A DNA stretch of 64,000 bases. It comes from Deltaproteobacteria bacterium. Its GTDB lineage: Bacteria; Myxococcota_A; Polyangia; Fen-1088. Of the stretch, positions 36,744 through 46,536 are shown in pieces. A model generated the notes under the pieces. It was not told the DNA's origin. It saw nothing but the letters and a program-made list of their open reading frames with translations, and ran no database searches. The stretch's first letter is position 1. The number at the start of each line of letters is the position of its first letter. A program made the position numbers and the translations under genes. The stretch is taken from contig JANRKS010000016.1 in assembly GCA_033763315.1 (NCBI GenBank), positions 32,001-96,000 on the forward strand. Direction: 5' to 3'.

Positions 36744-38074
36744 GTTTTTGCCTGGGGGTTCGAGGGTTCGTCACTGGACTGGGGTGGCTCGGGGGCCACA
36801 GCGGGAAGATCAAAAAGCTGCGCGAGGGCGCTCGTCAGAACGTCAGCCATATCACCTGCGGCTTCTTTCTTTAAGACCACTTGCGGGTTGTGCAGCAGTT
36901 TGGCGGCGATGCTTTCCGCCAAACGGGTGATGGTTTTGCGCGTGCGCTCATCGGCCTCAGGCACTTGGCTCAAGGCCTTGTCGGCTTCTGCGGCGGCCAC
37001 GCTTAAAAAGCGTGAGCGCAAAGCCGAGATCGTTGGCGCCACGCCCCGGCCGCGCTGGGTTTGCAGGTAGCGCAGCACTTCGTCTTCGACGATTTGCTCT
37101 GCCTTTTCTGCTTCTTGGCGACGGCCCGACAGAGCCGATGCGGCCTCTTTTTGCAGGTCATCAATGTCCCACAGATAAACGCCTGGGATCGCAGAAGCGC
37201 CCGCTTCCACGTCGCGAGGCACAGCGATGTCCACGATGACGAGCGAGCGGTTGCGCCGCGTTTTTTGAATGCGCGCCAACGCTGCCTGAGTGAGGATGGG
37301 TTGCCGCGCGCCGGTGGAAGAAATAACAATGTCAGCGCGGCCAATCGCTTGATCGAGCTCTTCGAACGGTTCGACGGCGAAGCCTAAACGCTGACCAAAC
37401 TCTTCCGCACGCGCGCGCGTGCGGTTGGTGACCGCCACCGTGGCGCCTTGTGCCTTCAAAGCGCGCCCCGCCAGATCGGCCATTTTCCCCGCGCCGATCA
37501 GCAGCACGCGGCGCCCTTCAAAACCAGCAAACACCTGCCGCGCCAGATCGACGGCCACGGAAGACACAGAGACCGATTGGCGCGCTATTTCGGTGTCGCG
37601 ACGCACGCGACGAGCGATGCGAAACGCTCGGGGAAAGCAATCGCCAAGCAACGGCCCCGCCGCGCCCGACCTCGTGGCCAAATCATAGGCGTCCTTGACC
37701 TGCCCTAGAATTTGCGGCTCGCCCACCACGAGTGAGTCCAAACTGGAAGCCACACGAAACAGGTGATGCACGGCCGCGCGCCCCGCCCGCCGGTACAAAT
37801 GCGTTTCAAGCTCGCCCACGCCGCCTGCGTCCGCTGGCAAACGCCCCGCCAGATACGTTCGCAGCGCATCGAACGCCGCCACACGATCCGTGGCCCCCGC
37901 ATAGATCTCCACGCGGTTGCATGTGGACACCACAGTGGCCTCGCCGATGCCCGGCAACGCGATCAAAGTTTTCACGAAGCCTTCCGCTTCGTTTGGATCG
38001 ACGGCCAAACATTCGCGCATCGCCACTGGTGCCGTGCGATGAGACAAGCCAAGAACAATGAGTTCAAGCCCCAT
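36740..38074 (-). CDS. hemA: Glutamyl-tRNA reductase
   Basis: HRTAP, STCNRVE, LDSLVVGEPQILGQ, GAGKM, DIAVPRDV. Confidence 0.98.
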   Translation of the reverse strand: MGLELIVLGLSHRTAPVAMRECLAVDPNEAEGFVKTLIALPGIGEATVVSTCNRVEIYAGATDRVAAFDALRTYLAGRLPADAGGVGELETHLYRRAGRAAVHHLFRVASSLDSLVVGEPQILGQVKDAYDLATRSGAAGPLLGDCFPRAFRIARRVRRDTEIARQSVSVSSVAVDLARQVFAGFEGRRVLLIGAGKMADLAGRALKAQGATVAVTNRTRARAEEFGQRLGFAVEPFEELDQAIGRADIVISSTGARQPILTQAALARIQKTRRNRSLVIVDIAVPRDVEAGASAIPGVYLWDIDDLQKEAASALSGRRQEAEKAEQIVEDEVLRYLQTQRGRGVAPTISALRSRFLSVAAAEADKALSQVPEADERTRKTITRLAESIAAKLLHNPQVVLKKEAAGDMADVLTSALAQLFDLPAVAPEPPQSSDEPSNPQAKT

Positions 38075-38137
38075 GACTGTGACTGCCCGCAAAGGCGTTG
38101 ATCAGTCGGCAACGATCGGCGCGGCTTAAACGTTGCA

Positions 38138-38938
38138 CTACGCCAGATCCCGCAGAAAATAGGCCAGCAGCACCAGCAGGGCGCCACCGAAACCGGCCAA
38201 GGTCACCCAGGCCGCGCGCCGTCCCTGCCAGCCCGCACCCCGGCGCGCGACAATCAGACCGCCATACGCCAACCACGAAGCCACGGCCAAAACATATTCA
38301 GGCCGCACGTTTCCTGCTTTGTGCAGCAGCCCCAAGCGCGCCACCAATACGGCGCCCGTGACGATCGCCAACGTAAAGATCGGAAAGCCGAACGACACAC
38401 AACGAGCCGCCAAGTGATCCAAGGTTTCGAGCGGCGCCGCGCCGCTGCGCATTTTCGCAAAGTCTTTCCGTTTAAGCCGCCGCTCTTGGATGAGGTATAG
38501 CGTGGCCAAAATGGCGGCAAGCGCAAAGAAGGCTTCACCCACTGTGGACAACAAGATGTGCGTTGTGGCTAAGGGGCCTCGCAAGCCCGACGCTTCGCCT
38601 TGGGGCAGCACGCGCGCCAACACCAACAGAACAAGCACGGTCGGCGCCGCGAAAGCGCCAATGGCCGGCAGGCGGTTGCGCGTGGTCGCCGCCAGAAAAC
38701 CGAACGCAAGCAACCAAGCCACGAACGCGGTGGCTTCGGCGGTGGAAGACAGCGGATGCTGGCTGCGAAAGCAGCGCGCGCCGATGTCGGCGAAGTGAAT
38801 CACAAATCCAATGATGAAAATCCAACGGCCCCAGCGTGCCACGGTTGGACCCGCGCCCAAGTGAAAGCCCAGGTAGAGGCCCGAGGCCAACCCGTACGCG
38901 CCGATTTGCGCGATCTCAAGAGCGGAAGAAAGATTCAC
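38138..38938 (-). CDS. ccsA: Cytochrome c assembly protein family (CcsA/HemX-like)
   Basis: About eight TM segments, THILL, YLIQERRLK, LETLD, GWQGRRAA; upstream of hemA. Confidence 0.85.
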   Translation of the reverse strand: MNLSSALEIAQIGAYGLASGLYLGFHLGAGPTVARWGRWIFIIGFVIHFADIGARCFRSQHPLSSTAEATAFVAWLLAFGFLAATTRNRLPAIGAFAAPTVLVLLVLARVLPQGEASGLRGPLATTHILLSTVGEAFFALAAILATLYLIQERRLKRKDFAKMRSGAAPLETLDHLAARCVSFGFPIFTLAIVTGAVLVARLGLLHKAGNVRPEYVLAVASWLAYGGLIVARRGAGWQGRRAAWVTLAGFGGALLVLLAYFLRDLA

Positions 38939-39289
38939 TTAGCCTCGGGCCGCAGAGATGGCCGCCATCAACGTGGCGGTGGTCGCGGTGGGCGTTTCAG
39001 ATGTGGCGACAAAACCTGGTTCAACGTCGTATGCCGCCTCGCCCACGACGACCGAAGACATATAAGCTTCACCCCCCAAGGCGTTGATCGCAAACTGATC
39101 TTTCACTTTGCCCACCAAGCCGTGCACGTCGGCGGAACCGCCGGCCGCCGCCTTGAAGAACGCCGCGGGCGCCAAGCGCAGCCGCAGCCCATCGGGCCGA
39201 AGCGTGATGTACTCGCCTTGCAGGTCCACCCTGTCGGTGGCCACCCAATCGTCGATGGTCATCTGCGACAGAAAAACCTTAAAGCTCAT
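38939..39289 (-). CDS. Hypothetical protein heading the ccsA-hemA-hemC run
   Basis: SD AAGGAG then ATG 39289, globular-looking 116 aa (VFLSQMTIDDW...GLVGKVK...SVVVGEAAYDVEPGF); stop abuts the ccsA start. Confidence 0.75.
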   Translation of the reverse strand: MSFKVFLSQMTIDDWVATDRVDLQGEYITLRPDGLRLRLAPAAFFKAAAGGSADVHGLVGKVKDQFAINALGGEAYMSSVVVGEAAYDVEPGFVATSETPTATTATLMAAISAARG

Positions 39290-39481
39290 AGAACCGCTCC
39301 TTACCTTTTGCGCAACGTGCGAAACGGCCAAAAACTTAGCATCGTGCACATGTCCCCGCCAAGAACCGGACGTGAAACCAAAGCCCCCCTGCACGAATCC
39401 AAGCCTAAACAAAGGGCGAGGGTTTCTACGACGGCCGAACGCTATCCACCCTCGCTCCCATATGGTAAAGGTTGAAAATCC

Positions 39482-39811
39482 ATGGCAAGCGCGAACGTAA
39501 TTGAAGTCACCGACGACAACTTTGCAGCCGACGTCCTGCAATCCACAGAACCCGTTTTGGTGGATTTCTGGGCCGCTTGGTGCGCGCCTTGCCGGGCCAT
39601 CGCGCCACATGTAGAGGCCTTGGCTGACCAATACAAAGGCCAAGTGAAGGTGGGCAAGTGCGACATCGACGCCAACCCTCAGGTGCCTTCGCAGTTTGAG
39701 GTGCGCAGCATCCCCACGTTGCTGATGTTCAAGGGCGGGCAGGTGGTGGGCCAATTGGTGGGTGCGGTGCCGCGTCCGAAGCTTGAGGACTTCATTAAGA
39801 AGGCCCTCTAA
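39482..39811 (+). CDS. trxA: Thioredoxin
   Basis: VDFWAAWCAPC, SIPTL, GAVP. Confidence 0.97.
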   Translation: MASANVIEVTDDNFAADVLQSTEPVLVDFWAAWCAPCRAIAPHVEALADQYKGQVKVGKCDIDANPQVPSQFEVRSIPTLLMFKGGQVVGQLVGAVPRPKLEDFIKKAL

Positions 39812-39831
39812 TCTATCACTCGTGACCGAGA

Positions 39832-41256
39832 TCAGCCGCCGCGGAACAACACGGCGGCGATCGCCACGCCCAAAGCCAAGGCGCCCACGAAGACGCCGAC
39901 AATGACAAGCCCCTTCCCCTTGCGCGGGTCGGTGGTCGGCACATTCGCTGGGGCGGCCGTGGCAGTGGCTGGCGCGGCCGGCACAGTCGGCAGCTGAGGC
40001 TGCGACGGAGGGCCACCGACGCGTCGGTTGTCTGAAGGCGCGGCAGCCACAGGATGGCTGGGCACGGGCGCCGAAGGAATCGAATCGGTCGCGCGGAGCT
40101 CAGAAGGCACGCCCTGGCCTTGCGTGGCGGTGCGGCGGTTGCCGGTTTTACGCCACGGCCAATCCGTATCGTTGGCCCACGCACGCGGATCGATCAAGTC
40201 GCCCGTCATGCGCGGCAAAGCAGCCGAAGCCCCCGCCTCAGGATCTTCGAAATCCATTGAGGTGAAGGCGCGAATCTGTTCTTGCAGAACCGCATCGACG
40301 ATGTTGCCGCGTGGCTTTTTGCCCGCACCAGACAACGTCATCTGATCTTCCATGCACCGCCGCACAAGCTCAGAGATGTCGCGCTGGATCATCTTGAGGC
40401 CCCGCGAAAACAGGTAGTGCGCGAGCGCGTCCTGCAAATCCGTGGCGGATTGAAAACGGTCTTCGAGCCTACGCGCCAACGACTTACGGACGATGTCCTC
40501 AAGCTCGGGCTCGACTTCTGGGTTTTGTGCACCGATCGGCGGAATGCGCGCGGCGCGCACGAGTTCCACCGTTTGGTAATCGCTCTCGCCGTAGAACAAC
40601 CGGCGGTTCGTGAGCATCTCGTAAAGCAAAATGCCGACGGCGAAGATATCTGCCTGTTGATCCACCTCTTCACCGCGCGCGGCTTCAGGCGACAGATAAC
40701 TCATCTTGCCCTTGACCACGCCGGGATCGGTGTGTTCCACCTGCACAGCCGCTTTGGCCAGGCCGAAATCAGTGAGTTTAATTTCACCGTTTTTCGACAA
40801 GAGGACGTTCGGCGGCGAAACGTCGCGGTGAACGATGCCCAGCGGTTTGCCCGTTTCAGGATGAGGCAAATCGTGGGCGTAATTGAGACCTTTGCAGATC
40901 TCCATGATCACGTAGACGGTCTGCCCAATCGTGAGCGGCTTATTGATCCGCCGGCGCCACTCCAGGATCGCCTTGAGGTCAACGCCATCCACGAACTCCA
41001 TCACGATGAAGTACGTGTCGTCGACATGGCCGATGTCGAACACTTGAACGATGTTGGCGTGCTGCAGGCTTAGCGAAAGCCGCGCCTCATCCAAAAACAT
41101 CGCGATGAACTTCTTGTTCTTCGTGAGCGATGGAAGAATGCGTTTAACGGCTACGTTCTTGCGGAATCCCTGGAGCGACTCGGCGACGCCCCTGAAAACT
41201 TCCGCCATGCCCCCTGCGGCAATGCGTTCAACGATTCTGTACCGGCTATCAGGCAT
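39832..41256 (-). CDS. Hanks-type Ser/Thr protein kinase with C-terminal membrane anchor
   Basis: AGGMAEVF, VAVK, HRDVSPPN, DFGLA, YLSPE, C-terminal TM helix. Confidence 0.95.
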   Translation of the reverse strand: MPDSRYRIVERIAAGGMAEVFRGVAESLQGFRKNVAVKRILPSLTKNKKFIAMFLDEARLSLSLQHANIVQVFDIGHVDDTYFIVMEFVDGVDLKAILEWRRRINKPLTIGQTVYVIMEICKGLNYAHDLPHPETGKPLGIVHRDVSPPNVLLSKNGEIKLTDFGLAKAAVQVEHTDPGVVKGKMSYLSPEAARGEEVDQQADIFAVGILLYEMLTNRRLFYGESDYQTVELVRAARIPPIGAQNPEVEPELEDIVRKSLARRLEDRFQSATDLQDALAHYLFSRGLKMIQRDISELVRRCMEDQMTLSGAGKKPRGNIVDAVLQEQIRAFTSMDFEDPEAGASAALPRMTGDLIDPRAWANDTDWPWRKTGNRRTATQGQGVPSELRATDSIPSAPVPSHPVAAAPSDNRRVGGPPSQPQLPTVPAAPATATAAPANVPTTDPRKGKGLVIVGVFVGALALGVAIAAVLFRGG

Positions 41257-41364
41257 GGGTAGGGCGTCAAGAGCCCTGCGTCACGGACTATAGCAGAGAG
41301 GCCGGCCCACACAATGCGTGGGGTCCGGTCTCTCGCCTCGACCGCGCAAGGGTTGCGTCGGCCT

Positions 41365-41796
41365 TTATTCGTCGGACGAAGTGGCCGGCGCGTCAGACAA
41401 GTCGGCGTCCAAGACGCCGCCACGCCCAGCTTGCGACAAAGCCGCTTCCTCGCGCTCGGAAATTTCCTTGCAGTCGATGCATAAGGTGGTGACCGGGCGG
41501 GCCATCAGGCGGCGAAACGGAATCGGTTCGCCACAATCCTCACACACATCGATCTCGTCCGCGTCGAGGCGAACGAGCTGCTTCGTGATCTTGCGCAGCA
41601 GGTACTTTTCGCGATCGTGTAGCCGCATCTCAGTGGAGAACAGCTCTTCTTCCATCGATTCGTCGATCGAATCACGGCCGATGTTTCTTTCGTGGCTCAT
41701 CGAAAACGACAGCGCACTTTGGCCGGTCTTCGCAAGCCTCCCACGCTCCTCTTCCAACACACGGCGAATCTCAACCTTTTCGCTTTTGGAAAGCAT
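41365..41796 (-). CDS. dksA: DksA/TraR-family C4 zinc-finger protein
   Basis: Coiled coil with DSIDES tip, CEDCGEPI...RLMARP...CIDCKE; SD AGGAG. Confidence 0.85.
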   Translation of the reverse strand: MLSKSEKVEIRRVLEEERGRLAKTGQSALSFSMSHERNIGRDSIDESMEEELFSTEMRLHDREKYLLRKITKQLVRLDADEIDVCEDCGEPIPFRRLMARPVTTLCIDCKEISEREEAALSQAGRGGVLDADLSDAPATSSDE

Positions 41797-41988
41797 CAAC
41801 GCTCCTCTTCCAATCGTCTCGAATGCAGGGAAAAACCTAAACGACCACCGGACTTCTCAAGCTCTGCATCCTTTGCCTTGAGGCAATTGCAGATTCCGGG
41901 CCCAGAGTTTTAGCACTCTGTGGCAGCAACGTAAGCGCCAAAGTGCAACGTTTGACGGTCAAACGACCTCGGCGGTCATTAAGGGCCT

Positions 41989-43194
41989 CTAAGAGGCTTT
42001 CTTTTCGCGCACAAGCTGTGGGCGCCCGCGCGACACCACCACATCTTTGTTCACCACGCACTCGGTGACACCGGTCAGGGAGGGGATGTCGTACATCACG
42101 TCCAGCATCACTTCCTCGAGGATGGCGCGCAAACCACGAGCCCCGGCGTTACGCCGAGCCGCTTCTTCGGCAACGCTTAACAGCGCGTCATCATTGAATC
42201 GTAGTTTCACGCCTTCCATGTCGAACAGGCGTTGGTACTGCTTGACCAGCGCGTTCTTGGGGCGCCACAAAACCTCAACCAGCGCGGGCACGTCGAGCTC
42301 GTCGGCCGACACGATGATAGGCAAGCGACCCATGAATTCGGGGATCATCCCGAACTTCGTGAGATCTTCGGTGCGGGCCAAAGAACGCAGCTCGTTCTTC
42401 GATTGGTCGCTCTTATCGATGCGCGCGCCAAACCCCATGCCGCCCGAGCCCACACGGCGGCGCACCAGCTCTTCGATGCCGTTGAAGGCGCCCGTGCACA
42501 CAAACAAGATGTTCGAAGTATCAACCGTGATCAGCTCTTGCTGCGGGCGGTTGCGTGAACCGTCAGGCGTGATGCTGCAGCTTTTGCCCTCCAGCAATTT
42601 CAAGAGCGCCTGCTGCACGCCTTCGCCTGAGACGTCACGCGAGACGGACGGGCCGCCTCCGCGCCGTGCAATCTTATCGATTTCGTCGATGCAGATGATG
42701 CCACGTGACGCCTTTTCCACGTCGCCACCGGCGTTGCGGTAGAGCGCCTTGACAACGCTGTCGACGTCTTCACCGACGTAGCCGGCCTCGGTGAGCGTGG
42801 TGGCATCCGCAATGGCGAACGGGACGTCGAGTTTGCGCGCCAACGTTTGCACCAGGAGGGTCTTGCCGCATCCAGAGGGCCCCACCAAAAGGATGTTGCC
42901 CTTTTGAATCTCGACCTCGGAGGACTTCCCCCGCTGAGCGACGCGCTTGTAGTGGTTGTAAACCGAGACAGACAACGCTTTTTTCGCGCGATCTTGCCCG
43001 ACGACGTACTTGTTGAGTTCGTCGTAGATCTCTTTGGGGCGTGGATATTTCGGACGTTCCGACGCTTCTTCTTTGGCGATGATGTCGTTGCACAAAGCAA
43101 CGCATTCGTCACAGATGAACACGCGCGGCCCTGAGATCAGTTTTCTGACCTCTCGTCGTCGTTTTCCACAGAAGGAACAGTGGAAGTCGTCCAT
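41989..43194 (-). CDS. clpX: ATP-dependent Clp protease ATP-binding subunit ClpX (no adjacent clpP)
   Basis: CSFCGK...ICDECVALC zinc domain, GPSGCGKT, EAGYVGEDV, RDVSGEGVQQALLK, MGF loop. Confidence 0.96.
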   Translation of the reverse strand: MDDFHCSFCGKRRREVRKLISGPRVFICDECVALCNDIIAKEEASERPKYPRPKEIYDELNKYVVGQDRAKKALSVSVYNHYKRVAQRGKSSEVEIQKGNILLVGPSGCGKTLLVQTLARKLDVPFAIADATTLTEAGYVGEDVDSVVKALYRNAGGDVEKASRGIICIDEIDKIARRGGGPSVSRDVSGEGVQQALLKLLEGKSCSITPDGSRNRPQQELITVDTSNILFVCTGAFNGIEELVRRRVGSGGMGFGARIDKSDQSKNELRSLARTEDLTKFGMIPEFMGRLPIIVSADELDVPALVEVLWRPKNALVKQYQRLFDMEGVKLRFNDDALLSVAEEAARRNAGARGLRAILEEVMLDVMYDIPSLTGVTECVVNKDVVVSRGRPQLVREKKAS

Positions 43195-43331
43195 CTTGGG
43201 GGAAGAGTATTGCATTGGCGCCGCGAAGCCGCCAAGCACTGGAGTGAGAAAAAAAAACTTGCTCTGTTTCCGCGGTTCTAAGGCTGCCGAGCAAGTGCCG
43301 CCTTATATATTGTTATCGGCGGTTGCCCCAA

Positions 43332-44282
43332 ATGCTTGCGATCACTTTAGGAGACCCCACAGGAATTGGCCCCGAGGTGGTTGTGAAGGCACTGGCGCTG
43401 CGCCCGGCGCTGGCGGTGAAGATCTTTGGCGACGAGGACGCCGTCCGTGAGGCGGCGGGGGCGGCGGGGGTAACGCTGGCAAGCGGTGTCGAGGTGGTGC
43501 CCATCACGCGGTTGGCAGCTCAGGATCGGCGCCCGGGTCACCCGAATGACGAGGCTGGCCGCGCGCAGGTGGCGTATCTCGTGGCGGCAACCCGGGCCGC
43601 CCTTGCGGGGGACGTGGCGGGGATCGTGACCGCGCCCATATCCAAGACGTGGGCCGGGCGCGCTGGATTCGCCTTCCCCGGGCACACGGAATATTTGGCG
43701 GAGGCCAGCCAAGCCCCTGAAATCGCGATGATGTTGGCGGGGCCAGGGCTTAAGACAACCGTCGCCACGACGCACATCGCGCTGCGTGACGTGCCGGCCT
43801 CACTGAGTGTAGAGGGCATCGCGCGCGCGGTTCGGCTGACCGTGGTTGCGCTGCAGGATCACTTTGGCGTACGCAAGCCGCGGGTGGCGGTTGCGGCCTT
43901 GAATCCACACGCAGGGGAAGACAGTCGCTTCGGGGACGAGGAGCCGCGTTTGATCCTGCCCGCGATCCGATTGGCCGAACGCGAACTGGCGACCGCTGGT
44001 CGTGATTGTGTGTTGTCGGGGCCCGCGGTCCCGGACGTTGTGTTTCGGCAGGCGACGCAAGGGATGTTCGACGCGGTGGTGGCGATGTACCACGATCAGG
44101 GGCTCATCCCCGTGAAGCTGCACGATTTTGATCGGACAGTGAACGTAACGCTGGGGCTGCCGTTTGTCCGCACCTCGCCCGACCACGGTACGGCCTACGA
44201 CATCGCCGGGCGAGGGGAGGCGCGGCCCGATAGTTTCTTGGCGGCGCTCGATTTGGCCACCTCGATGGTTTCGCGGCGCTGA
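43332..44282 (+). CDS. pdxA: 4-hydroxythreonine-4-phosphate dehydrogenase
   Basis: GDPTGIGPE, TAPISK, GHTE, LNPHAGE, MYHDQGL, RTSPDHGTA. Confidence 0.96.
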   Translation: MLAITLGDPTGIGPEVVVKALALRPALAVKIFGDEDAVREAAGAAGVTLASGVEVVPITRLAAQDRRPGHPNDEAGRAQVAYLVAATRAALAGDVAGIVTAPISKTWAGRAGFAFPGHTEYLAEASQAPEIAMMLAGPGLKTTVATTHIALRDVPASLSVEGIARAVRLTVVALQDHFGVRKPRVAVAALNPHAGEDSRFGDEEPRLILPAIRLAERELATAGRDCVLSGPAVPDVVFRQATQGMFDAVVAMYHDQGLIPVKLHDFDRTVNVTLGLPFVRTSPDHGTAYDIAGRGEARPDSFLAALDLATSMVSRR

Positions 44283-44345
44283 AGCGTCGCGCGCTTCGAT
44301 TGCGCATTTCACGCAACGAAACGCTACCCACGCCGATAAGAGGGC

Positions 44346-44591
44346 ATGGGAAAACAACGACACAAAAAGCACAGCCGCCAACGCAACCGTTCGCATTTGC
44401 CGCGGGGCCTAGGCGCGCTGGATCTTTCGCGACTCCACCACACCGACAACGACGACTGCCCGGTGTGCGCGGCCTTGGCATCGCGGCCGCCAACTCACGA
44501 ATTGCCGGGCGGGTTCACCGCTCATGCACTCGATGACGACTTGATGGCGCTTTTGCTGAGTTTAATGACGCCCGTCCGCCAAGCTTCATAA
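44346..44591 (+). CDS. Small hypothetical protein with basic N-terminus and HH...DDCPVC motif
   Basis: 81-aa ORF filling the pdxA-glmS gap; protein-like composition, weak ribosome-binding site. Confidence 0.55.
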   Translation: MGKQRHKKHSRQRNRSHLPRGLGALDLSRLHHTDNDDCPVCAALASRPPTHELPGGFTAHALDDDLMALLLSLMTPVRQAS

Positions 44592-44637
44592 TGCCGCCGC
44601 CCTTTCTAAGGCGCCGTTGACCAAGTAACCTGCGCCC

Positions 44638-46461
44638 ATGTGCGGAATTGTTGCTTACATCGGTCGTCGCCAAGCCATTCCTGTGTTGATTGGCGGCTTA
44701 AAGAGGCTTGAGTACCGCGGGTATGACTCGGCCGGTGTGGCGGTGGCGGAGCGCGATGGCGTCAAAGTGTTGCGCTGCCGAGGCAAGCTGGCGAACTTAG
44801 AAGCGCTGCTGGCGAAAGAGCCGCTTACGGGCAGCGTGGGCATTGGCCACACGCGCTGGGCCACGCATGGACGGCCTTCGGATGAGAACGCGCACCCTCA
44901 CCGCGTGGGCGCTGTGTCGGTGGTTCACAACGGCATCATTGAGAACCATGTGGGTTTGCGCGCCCGCTTGCGCGCCACGGGGCGCACATTTACGTCTGAG
45001 ACAGACACTGAGATCGTGGCGCACCTTGTGGACGAAGCCATCAAGCAAGGGGCGAAGTCACTCCTTGAGGCGAGCCGCAAAGCTTTGCGTCAAGTGGAGG
45101 GCGCTTACGCCATCGTCGTGATCTCGGAAGATCACCTAGGAGAACTCGTGGCGGCCAAGAATGCGTCGCCCATGGTGTTGGGCGTTGGCGAAGGCGAAAC
45201 GATCGTGGCCTCGGATGCGCCCGCGCTGCTCGAGCACACGCGCAACGTTGTGTTTTTGGATGAAGGCGACGTTGTGCACCTGACCTTGAAAGGCTTCACG
45301 ATCACGGGCCTCGATGGCGCGGCCCGCGATCGCCCGCAACGCACGCTGAATTGGAGTTCAGAGCAGGCTGAAAAGGCGGGCTACCCGCACTTCATGCTCA
45401 AAGAGATCTTCGAGCAACCCACGGCGGTGACGAACACGCTCCGGGGCCGCTTGCTTGTGCCTGAAAACGACGTGAGCCTGGACGGGCAAGAGATCGACAC
45501 GCGGTCTCTGTCGCGCGTGGTGATCGTGGCCTGCGGCACGTCGTATCACGCAGGCCTCGTGGGCAAGTTCATGATCGAATCCTCGGCGCGCTTGCCAGTG
45601 GAAGTGGATTACGCCAGCGAATTCCGTTACCGCGATCCGGTGGTAGGTCCCCATGATCTGGTCGTGGCGATCTCGCAAAGTGGCGAAACGGCTGACACGT
45701 TGGCGGCGCTTCGGGAGGCAAAATCGCGCGGCGCGCGCACGTTGGCCATCTCCAACGTATTGGATTCAGCGATCCCGCGCACGGCGGATTTCACGCTTTA
45801 TACGCACGCTGGGATCGAGATCGGCGTGGCGTCGACGAAGTGTTTTACGGCGCAATTGGCGGCGCTGGCGCTGTTGTCGATTCATTTGGGGCGACGCACG
45901 GGCACGCTTTCCCCGGCCAACGCCCAAGAGCTGATCAGTGAACTCTTGCAGATCCCGCAGAAGATGGAGCACGCCCTGCATGAGCTGGGAGATCTGAAGG
46001 CGCTTGCCGAACGTTATAAGGACGTGACCGGTTTCTTGTTCTTAGGGCGTGGCACGAATTATCCGATCGCGCTCGAAGGCGCCCTCAAGCTCAAAGAGAT
46101 TTCATACATTCACGCTGAAGGCTATGCCGCGGGCGAGATGAAGCACGGCCCCATCGCACTCATCGACGATGGCATCCCGGTGGTGGTGATCGCGCCGAAA
46201 GGCCCTGGCTACGAAAAGGTGCTTTCGAATATGGCGGAAGTGCGCGCCCGCGAAGGTCAGGTGATCGCGGTGGCCACGCAGGGTGACAAGATCATCGCTG
46301 AGCAATGCCAGTCGGTGCTGTGGGTGCCCGACGCGCCCAGCCTGCTGCAACCACTGCTGACGGTGCTGCCACTGCAACTGTTGTCCTATGCTGTTTCGCT
46401 GGCACGGGGCAACGACGTGGATCAACCGCGCAACCTCGCCAAAAGCGTCACGGTCGAATAG
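44638..46461 (+). CDS. glmS: Glutamine--fructose-6-phosphate transaminase
   Basis: MCGI, LEYRGYDSAG, GHTRWATHG, SQSGETADT, PRNLAKSVTVE. Confidence 0.98.
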   Translation: MCGIVAYIGRRQAIPVLIGGLKRLEYRGYDSAGVAVAERDGVKVLRCRGKLANLEALLAKEPLTGSVGIGHTRWATHGRPSDENAHPHRVGAVSVVHNGIIENHVGLRARLRATGRTFTSETDTEIVAHLVDEAIKQGAKSLLEASRKALRQVEGAYAIVVISEDHLGELVAAKNASPMVLGVGEGETIVASDAPALLEHTRNVVFLDEGDVVHLTLKGFTITGLDGAARDRPQRTLNWSSEQAEKAGYPHFMLKEIFEQPTAVTNTLRGRLLVPENDVSLDGQEIDTRSLSRVVIVACGTSYHAGLVGKFMIESSARLPVEVDYASEFRYRDPVVGPHDLVVAISQSGETADTLAALREAKSRGARTLAISNVLDSAIPRTADFTLYTHAGIEIGVASTKCFTAQLAALALLSIHLGRRTGTLSPANAQELISELLQIPQKMEHALHELGDLKALAERYKDVTGFLFLGRGTNYPIALEGALKLKEISYIHAEGYAAGEMKHGPIALIDDGIPVVVIAPKGPGYEKVLSNMAEVRAREGQVIAVATQGDKIIAEQCQSVLWVPDAPSLLQPLLTVLPLQLLSYAVSLARGNDVDQPRNLAKSVTVE

Positions 46462-46536
46462 TGATTTGGGCCGCTTGCCGTGCCCCAATTTTCGCGGGCG
46501 TGGTGGCGGCCGAGCCGCTTGTGTTAGCGTCCCGGC

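Noticed and set aside
41910-41949. CIRCE (HrcA) element
   Set aside because: The left half TTAGCACTC is perfect, but no GAGTGCTAA follows at 9-nt spacing; the nearest partial match is 22 nt away
44283-44637. glmS ribozyme upstream of glmS
   Set aside because: Core AGCGCC...GACGAGG elements not found; the gap holds a small ORF and glmS looks leaderless
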